NCBI GenBank assembly: GCA_004431415.1
Contig: QPMI01000515.1
Span: forward strand, 124,001-188,000
Length of the DNA: 64,000 nt
Source of the DNA: Cyanophora paradoxa CCMP329
Lineage: Eukaryota; Plantae; Glaucophyta
Reading direction: 5' to 3'
The position numbers were made by a program, and so were the translations under genes. Below the pieces are notes generated by a model, which was given only the letters and a program-made list of their open reading frames with translations, was not told the origin of the DNA and ran no database searches. Position 1 is the first letter of the stretch, and every line of letters starts with the position of its first letter. Below, one piece after another: positions 62,260-64,000 of this stretch.

Positions 62260-62333
62260 ACAAGATCCGTGCTCCTGCGGAGCACTAAGTACGGCGAAGC
62301 CTCGCGGACGCCCTCGCGGCTGTCACAGTAGGC
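62260..62333 (-). mobile_element. Helitron-like 3' terminus (copy 1 of an identical 74-bp repeat)
   Basis: Identical to 63911-63984. The minus strand reads hairpin GTGCTCC-GCA-GGAGCAC, then GGAT, then CTTG|T. Confidence 0.5.
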
Positions 62334-62619
62334 GGGCAGCTGCAGCCCCGCCCAGTTGCATGGCCGGGCTTCAAAAGTTTCGCCGGCTTGGCACTGGGGC
62401 AATGGGCTGGCCCGCTATAGCCAGCTCGAGGGAGAGCTCGCTGGCCAGGGAGCAATGTAATGAGGAGAGCGAATATATAATGAACTAGGGGAGGAGTTGA
62501 ACCGGTAACTCTTGCTTTTAACTGGTGGAGCAGATTGATAGGAGATTTATTTAATATTAATGTATTGTTGGGGGGGAGGCCCGGGAGGGGCGAGGTTCTC
62601 GCGGCCAGGCGCATGCACA

Positions 62620-63340
62620 GAGCTTGCGAATCGCTTAAACACAATCTCGAATGCATATAGCATCGATGTGCGGGGCTGCGGAGGCGAGGGCGCGCGGAAA
62701 GACGTGCAGGTCCATGCAGGATCGAATTTTCGGGGTCGGCTGAATTCTCGCGCCCTGTCGCGCCCTTGGGGCTTGCATTACGCTTTGAAAAGCTCTCAAA
62801 TGAATATTATAGCGATGCCCATGCATGAGGACGCGAGGGCGCGCGGAACGCGGTTCAGTTCCCTCAAGGATCGAATTTTCGGGTCGGCTGGGTCCCCGCG
62901 GCCCGGCGCATCTGCAAAGCGCGCGGAACGCTTGATCTACATCTCAAATGCTTATGCTATTGTTCCGCGCATGCGCCGTGGCGTGGGCGCGCGGAAAGAT
63001 GTCCAGGCGTGTGCAGGATCGAATTTTTGCCGTCGGCTGGGTTCTCGTGCTCTTTCGCGTCTTCAAAGCTTGTGGAAAACTTTGATAAAATCTCAAATGA
63101 ATATTGCGACGATGCGCATGCGCGAGAATGCGAGGGCGCGCGGAAAGATGTTCAGGTCTGTCAAGGATCGAATTTTCGGGGTCGGCTGGGTGCTCGTGAC
63201 CTGGTGCATTTAGACACCGTGCGGAAGTCTTTCTCTACATCTTAAATGGTTATGCTATCGTTCCGCGCATGCGCCGCGGCGTGGGCGCGCGGAAAGATGT
63301 CCGGGTCTGTCCAGGATCGGATTTTTGCTGTCCGGTACCT
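62620..63340 (+). repeat. ~149-bp tandem satellite, ~5 diverged monomers with ~298-bp dimeric higher-order structure
   Basis: GGATCGAATTTT...GTCGGCTG anchors at ~62719, 62868, 63016, 63165 and 63315. Alternate monomers are more similar (62790 vs 63090; 62937 vs 63235). Confidence 0.85.
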
Positions 63341-63910
63341 TCCTGCGCTGCTCCGGGTTCGAAAAGCGGATTTCGGGGGTGCGCGGGCCCTGGTATGTCT
63401 ATGCGCGCCAGTACGCATCGATTGCGCGCGTCGCGGGACCGGCCGGAACCGGCCGGATCAAATTTTCGGCCGACTCTTCGCACTGGAGCGTCGACGGCGC
63501 CCAAAATCGAGCTTGCGGCGATGCGCTCGCCCTCGCGCGTCATTCTGTATCGTTCTGGGCGTCCCTGGCGCGATTTCGTCGCGGGACCGGGCGGGACCGG
63601 GTCCCACCTTCGGACTCGGACTGCATTTGTCGGAGGTTAAGTACCGGAATTGATCCAGAGGGAAATTCGATTTTCGCGGATGCCTACGGGGGAGCGGTCG
63701 TCTTTGGGCAGCCACGACGCTAAAAATGGATCTAGAGAGGTCTGTGGGGGTTCGTGTGGGTGTGTGACTAGCAGCAATCGCGTCCGTGTCGAGGCAGAAT
63801 TATTAATTCTGCCTCGAGGGAGTGCGACACGGGAATTATTTAGCAGGGGGGATCTTGAGTGGAAAAAAAGGTTAAAAAAGGAATTTAGATCGTCGGTTTT
63901 TGGGTTTGAG

Positions 63911-63984
63911 ACAAGATCCGTGCTCCTGCGGAGCACTAAGTACGGCGAAGCCTCGCGGACGCCCTCGCGGCTGTCACAGTAGGC
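63911..63984 (-). mobile_element. Helitron-like 3' terminus (copy 2)
   Basis: Exact 74-bp copy of 62260-62333. Confidence 0.5.
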
Positions 63985-64000
63985 CTATATATAGGGCACT

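Noticed and set aside
62620-63340. CRISPR-like regularly spaced motif
   Set aside because: The intervening sequences are homologous to each other (satellite), the context is eukaryotic and there are no cas genes.
1-64000. tRNA, rRNA or autonomous transposase/RT genes
   Set aside because: No recognisable cloverleaf, rRNA, DDE, RT or RepHel motif was seen by eye; a covariance-model or HMM scan could still find some.

Overview
Eukaryotic, GC-rich, intron-dense nuclear DNA from a photosynthetic alga. A spliced psbO whose transit peptide has an N-proximal Phe suggests a glaucophyte such as Cyanophora; this is inference. The supplied ORF track is mostly misleading because genes are split into many short exons with GT-AG and frequent GC-AG introns and some micro-exons. 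Genes rebuilt by hand: (1) a secreted REJ + GAIN/GPS (polycystin-1/adhesion-GPCR-like) protein ending in a short hydrophobic anchor; (2) a class II (SIRT4-like) sirtuin; (3) a thioredoxin-UIM-UBA-UBX fusion, head-to-head and possibly interleaved with the sirtuin; (4) a large EF-hand/TPPP-like + TPR protein; (5) three hypothetical genes; (6) a divergent psbO; (7) a 12-kb Kelch / nine-module / TM / Ser-Thr receptor-like kinase with a recent internal tandem duplication; (8) an EF-hand protein. Non-coding DNA holds MITE-like dispersed repeats, a Helitron-like terminus with a ~149-bp satellite, and a TSD-flanked insertion. The most striking signal is a recurring mutational signature. Paralogous copies within the window differ by tiny inverted-then-direct insertions, X -> X.revcomp(X).X, and repeating this event would explain the palindrome-saturated introns and intergenic tracts. 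All exon models are manual and approximate.
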